Assembly: GCA_965199755.1 (NCBI GenBank)
Contig: CBDASZ010000001.1
Coordinates: 891,397 to 955,396, forward strand
Source of the DNA: an uncultured candidatus Porisulfidus sp.
GTDB lineage: Bacteria > Pseudomonadota > Gammaproteobacteria > Poriferisulfidales > Poriferisulfidaceae
Direction of reading: 5' to 3'
DNA: 64,000 nt
The notes beneath the pieces are model-generated. The model searched no databases, had not been told where the DNA came from, and saw nothing but the letters and a program-made list of their open reading frames with translations. This document shows positions 58,900 through 64,000 of this stretch, piece after piece. The position numbers were made by a program, and so were the translations under genes. Within the stretch, counting starts at the first letter, position 1, and each line of letters begins with the position of its first letter.

Positions 58900-61800
58900 G
58901 TATCACGGGATACGGAGATTGCCACGGTGAGTCCACTGGAACTGACCGCCTATGACAAGACTCCCGGAGCCAGCAATGTGCTGACAATTACGCCCCTCAA
59001 GGTAGGAAGCGTCACCATCCGTGCAGGCGTGACAGATGGGACGACGTATGTGATTCAGGAGTTCACGGTAAGCGTACATAATTCATTGCCGGCGCCTGGG
59101 AATCTGCAGATTACAGAGAAGGACGCGAAGCTGGCCGTGAGTTGGGATTCGGTGACCGGCGCGAAGGATTACCAGCTGAATTATCGGCTTGTCGGACCGG
59201 ACCAGGAGTTTCTGGAGAATCCGAAAGTTGTGTCTGGCACAAATTACGAGATAGCGGATTTGACCAACGGGATGCGCTACATCATTCGGGTATGGGCGAG
59301 GACAGCGCAAGACGCGAACGGCCTTCCCAGCATCGGGGAAGGCACCCCAAGGAACCCGCCCCCGACTATCGCAGCCATCGAGGATCAGACAGCGGCAGTC
59401 GGGAGACCCTTGGAGGTAGCCATTGACGCAATGGATGCAGATGATGAATCCTTGCGTTACCGGGCAGTATCACGGGATACGGAGATTGCCACGGTGAGTC
59501 CACTGGAACTGACCGCCTATGACAAGACTCCCGGAGCCAGCAATGTGCTGACAATTACGCCCCTCAAGGTAGGAAGCGTCACCATCCGTGCAGGCGTGAC
59601 AGATGGGACGACGTATGTGATTCAGGAGTTCACGGTAAGCGTACATAATTCATTGCCGGCGCCTGGGAATCTGCAGATTACAGAGAAGGACGCGAAGCTG
59701 GCCGTGAGTTGGGATTCGGTGACCGGCGCGAAGGATTACCAGCTGAATTATCGGCTTGTCGGACCGGACCAGGAGTTTCTGGAGAATCCGAAAGTTGTGT
59801 CTGGCACAAATTACGAGATAGCGGATTTGACCAACGGGATGCGCTACATCATTCGGGTATGGGCGAGGACAGCGCAAGACGCGAACGGCCTTCCCAGCAT
59901 CGGGGAAGGCACCCCAAGGAACCCGCCCCCGACTATCGCAGCCATCGAGGATCAGACAGCGGCAGTCGGGAGACCCTTGGAGGTAGCCATTGACGCAATG
60001 GATGCAGATGATGAATCCTTGCGTTACCGGGCAGTATCACGGGATACGGAGATTGCCACGGTGAGTCCACTGGAACTGACCGCCTATGACAAGACTCCCG
60101 GAGCCAGCAATGTGCTGACAATTACGCCCCTCAAGGTAGGAAGCGTCACCATCCGTGCAGGCGTGACAGATGGGACGACGTATGTGATTCAGGAGTTCAC
60201 GGTAAGCGTACATAATTCATTGCCGGCGCCTGGGAATCTGCAGATTACAGAGAAGGACGCGAAGCTGGCCGTGAGTTGGGATTCGGTGACCGGCGCGAAG
60301 GATTACCAGCTGAATTATCGGCTTGTCGGACCGGACCAGGAGTTTCTGGAGAATCCGAAAGTTGTGTCTGGCACAAATTACGAGATAGCGGATTTGACCA
60401 ACGGGATGCGCTACATCATTCGGGTATGGGCGAGGACAGCGCAAGACGCGAACGGCCTTCCCAGCATCGGGGAAGGCACCCCAAGGAACCCGCCCCCGAC
60501 TATCGCAGCCATCGAGGATCAGACAGCGGCAGTCGGGAGACCCTTGGAGGTAGCCATTGACGCAATGGATGCAGATGATGAATCCTTGCGTTACCGGGCA
60601 GTATCACGGGATACGGAGATTGCCACGGTGAGTCCACTGGAACTGACCGCCTATGACAAGACTCCCGGAGCCAGCAATGTGCTGACAATTACGCCCCTCA
60701 AGGTAGGAAGCGTCACCATCCGTGCAGGCGTGACAGATGGGACGACGTATGTGATTCAGGAGTTCACGGTAAGCGTACATAATTCATTGCCGGCGCCTGG
60801 GAATCTGCAGATTACAGAGAAGGACGCGAAGCTGGCCGTGAGTTGGGATTCGGTGACCGGCGCGAAGGATTACCAGCTGAATTATCGGCTTGTCGGACCG
60901 GACCAGGAGTTTCTGGAGAATCCGAAAGTTGTGTCTGGCACAAATTACGAGATAGCGGATTTGACCAACGGGATGCGCTACATCATTCGGGTATGGGCGA
61001 GGACAGCGCAAGACGCGAACGGCCTTCCCAGCATCGGGGAAGGCACCCCAAGGAACCCGCCCCCGACTATCGCAGCCATCGAGGATCAGACAGCGGCAGT
61101 CGGGAGACCCTTGGAGGTAGCCATTGACGCAATGGATGCAGATGATGAATCCTTGCGTTACCGGGCAGTATCACGGGATACGGAGATTGCCACGGTGAGT
61201 CCACTGGAACTGACCGCCTATGACAAGACTCCCGGAGCCAGCAATGTGCTGACAATTACGCCCCTCAAGGTAGGAAGCGTCACCATCCGTGCAGGCGTGA
61301 CAGATGGGACGACGTATGTGATTCAGGAGTTCACGGTAAGCGTACATAATTCATTGCCGGCGCCTGGGAATCTGCAGATTACAGAGAAGGACGCGAAGCT
61401 GGCCGTGAGTTGGGATTCGGTGACCGGCGCGAAGGATTACCAGCTGAATTATCGGCTTGTCGGACCGGACCAGGAGTTTCTGGAGAATCCGAAAGTTGTG
61501 TCTGGCACAAATTACGAGATAGCGGATTTGACCAACGGGATGCGCTACATCATTCGGGTATGGGCGAGGACAGCGCAAGACGCGAACGGCCTTCCCAGCA
61601 TCGGGGAAGGCACCCCAAGGAACCCGCCCCCGACTATCGCAGCCATCGAGGATCAGACAGCGGCAGTCGGGAGACCCTTGGAGGTAGCCATTGACGCAAT
61701 GGATGCAGATGATGAATCCTTGCGTTACCGGGCAGTATCACGGGATACGGAGATTGCCACGGTGAGTCCACTGGAACTGACCGCCTATGACAAGACTCCC

Positions 61801-64000
61801 GGAGCCAGCAATGTGCTGACAATTACGCCCCTCAAGGTAGGAAGCGTCACCATCCGTGCAGGCGTGACAGATGGGACGACGTATGTGATTCAGGAGTTCA
61901 CGGTAAGCGTACATAATTCATTGCCGGCGCCTGGGAATCTGCAGATTACAGAGAAGGACGCGAAGCTGGCCGTGAGTTGGGATTCGGTGACCGGCGCGAA
62001 GGATTACCAGCTGAATTATCGGCTTGTCGGACCGGACCAGGAGTTTCTGGAGAATCCGAAAGTTGTGTCTGGCACAAATTACGAGATAGCGGATTTGACC
62101 AACGGGATGCGCTACATCATTCGGGTATGGGCGAGGACAGCGCAAGACGCGAACGGCCTTCCCAGCATCGGGGAAGGCACCCCAAGGAACCCGCCCCCGA
62201 CTATCGCAGCCATCGAGGATCAGACAGCGGCAGTCGGGAGACCCTTGGAGGTAGCCATTGACGCAATGGATGCAGATGATGAATCCTTGCGTTACCGGGC
62301 AGTATCACGGGATACGGAGATTGCCACGGTGAGTCCACTGGAACTGACCGCCTATGACAAGACTCCCGGAGCCAGCAATGTGCTGACAATTACGCCCCTC
62401 AAGGTAGGAAGCGTCACCATCCGTGCAGGCGTGACAGATGGGACGACGTATGTGATTCAGGAGTTCACGGTAAGCGTACATAATTCATTGCCGGCGCCTG
62501 GGAATCTGCAGATTACAGAGAAGGACGCGAAGCTGGCCGTGAGTTGGGATTCGGTGACCGGCGCGAAGGATTACCAGCTGAATTATCGGCTTGTCGGACC
62601 GGACCAGGAGTTTCTGGAGAATCCGAAAGTTGTGTCTGGCACAAATTACGAGATAGCGGATTTGACCAACGGGATGCGCTACATCATTCGGGTATGGGCG
62701 AGGACAGCGCAAGACGCGAACGGCCTTCCCAGCATCGGGGAAGGCACCCCAAGGAACCCGCCCCCGACTATCGCAGCCATCGAGGATCAGACAGCGGCAG
62801 TCGGGAGACCCTTGGAGGTAGCCATTGACGCAATGGATGCAGATGATGAATCCTTGCGTTACCGGGCAGTATCACGGGATACGGAGATTGCCACGGTGAG
62901 TCCACTGGAACTGACCGCCTATGACAAGACTCCCGGAGCCAGCAATGTGCTGACAATTACGCCCCTCAAGGTAGGAAGCGTCACCATCCGTGCAGGCGTG
63001 ACAGATGGGACGACGTATGTGATTCAGGAGTTCACGGTAAGCGTACATAATTCATTGCCGGCGCCTGGGAATCTGCAGATTACAGAGAAGGACGCGAAGC
63101 TGGCCGTGAGTTGGGATTCGGTGACCGGCGCGAAGGATTACCAGCTGAATTATCGGCTTGTCGGACCGGACCAGGAGTTTCTGGAGAATCCGAAAGTTGT
63201 GTCTGGCACAAATTACGAGATAGCGGATTTGACCAACGGGATGCGCTACATCATTCGGGTATGGGCGAGGACAGCGCAAGACGCGAACGGCCTTCCCAGC
63301 ATCGGGGAAGGCACCCCAAGGAACCCGCCCCCGACTATCGCAGCCATCGAGGATCAGACAGCGGCAGTCGGGAGACCCTTGGAGGTAGCCATTGACGCAA
63401 TGGATGCAGATGATGAATCCTTGCGTTACCGGGCAGTATCACGGGATACGGAGATTGCCACGGTGAGTCCACTGGAACTGACCGCCTATGACAAGACTCC
63501 CGGAGCCAGCAATGTGCTGACAATTACGCCCCTCAAGGTAGGAAGCGTCACCATCCGTGCAGGCGTGACAGATGGGACGACGTATGTGATTCAGGAGTTC
63601 ACGGTAAGCGTACATAATTCATTGCCGGCGCCTGGGAATCTGCAGATTACAGAGAAGGACGCGAAGCTGGCCGTGAGTTGGGATTCGGTGACCGGCGCGA
63701 AGGATTACCAGCTGAATTATCGGCTTGTCGGACCGGACCAGGAGTTTCTGGAGAATCCGAAAGTTGTGTCTGGCACAAATTACGAGATAGCGGATTTGAC
63801 CAACGGGATGCGCTACATCATTCGGGTATGGGCGAGGACAGCGCAAGACGCGAACGGCCTTCCCAGCATCGGGGAAGGCACCCCAAGGAACCCGCCCCCG
63901 ACTATCGCAGCCATCGAGGATCAGACAGCGGCAGTCGGGAGACCCTTGGAGGTAGCCATTGACGCAATGGATGCAGATGATGAATCCTTGCGTTACCGGG
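58900..64000 (+). repeat. 567-bp tandem repeat, about 9 apparently identical units, inverted relative to the left array
   Basis: Identical shadow ORFs at 59142, 59709, 60276 ... 63678; 5101 bp is about 9.0 units. Confidence 0.97.
58900..64000 (+). CDS. partial repeat-adhesin reading frame (cadherin-like + FN3 units), open to the window end
   Basis: Frame GTA TCA CGG GAT (VSRDTE...) has no stop because the unit is 189 codons; no genuine start; absent from the ORF track because it has no stop in the window. Confidence 0.7.

Noticed and set aside
58880-58900. Recombinase-driven invertible switch (shufflon type)
   Set aside because: No recombinase in the window and no distinct crossover site; homologous exchange between repeats would keep coding polarity rather than create a head-to-head join.
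58900-58987. N-terminus of the 1134-aa ORF as called in the track
   Set aside because: It is the antisense of the inverted repeat fused across the junction; TTG start and no signal peptide.
57091-63962. Recurring small ORFs (MSAHC..., MGFGD..., MRCPR...) as real genes
   Set aside because: They are alternate-frame or antisense shadows of the repeat unit.
57003-64000. CRISPR array or other non-coding repeat array
   Set aside because: Units are 567 bp, contiguous, in-frame protein-coding and have no spacers; no cas genes are present.

Overview
Gene-dense, roughly 55-60% GC (estimated by eye) gammaproteobacterial chromosome segment. Most of it is housekeeping genes: queA-tgt and yajC-secDF; mutL-miaA-hflXKC-DUF2065-hisZ-purA; rluC-tRNA-Thr-apbC-dcd-eno-ftsB-ispDF-yoaA-tsaB; rne; recJ-nadD-rsfS-maf-yhdP; miaB-phoH-ybeY-corC-lnt; ssb; rnr-rlmB-purD; rho. 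Several usual operon members are absent from their normal positions (hfq, amiB/tsaE, rng, rlmH, trxA). Accessory content: a decayed AAA+/DUF4143 ATPase, a DNA-methyltransferase remnant, a small lipoprotein gene next to a perfect 27-bp palindrome, a three-gene methanopterin/methanofuran biosynthesis cassette, a TonB-dependent receptor, a stand-alone ATP sulfurylase (sat), and an RNase R with a broken N-terminus. The last 8.4 kb encode an autotransporter adhesin built from 567-bp tandem units (cadherin-like Ig + fibronectin III). About 3.3 units plus the beta-barrel lie on the minus strand. They are joined head-to-head at 58899/58900 to about 9 apparently identical units on the plus strand that run off the window. 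That junction may be an assembly or concatenation artefact. The overall picture fits a streamlined host-associated gammaproteobacterium with C1 and sulfur metabolism, but that is inference. All family assignments come from motif recognition; no searches were run.
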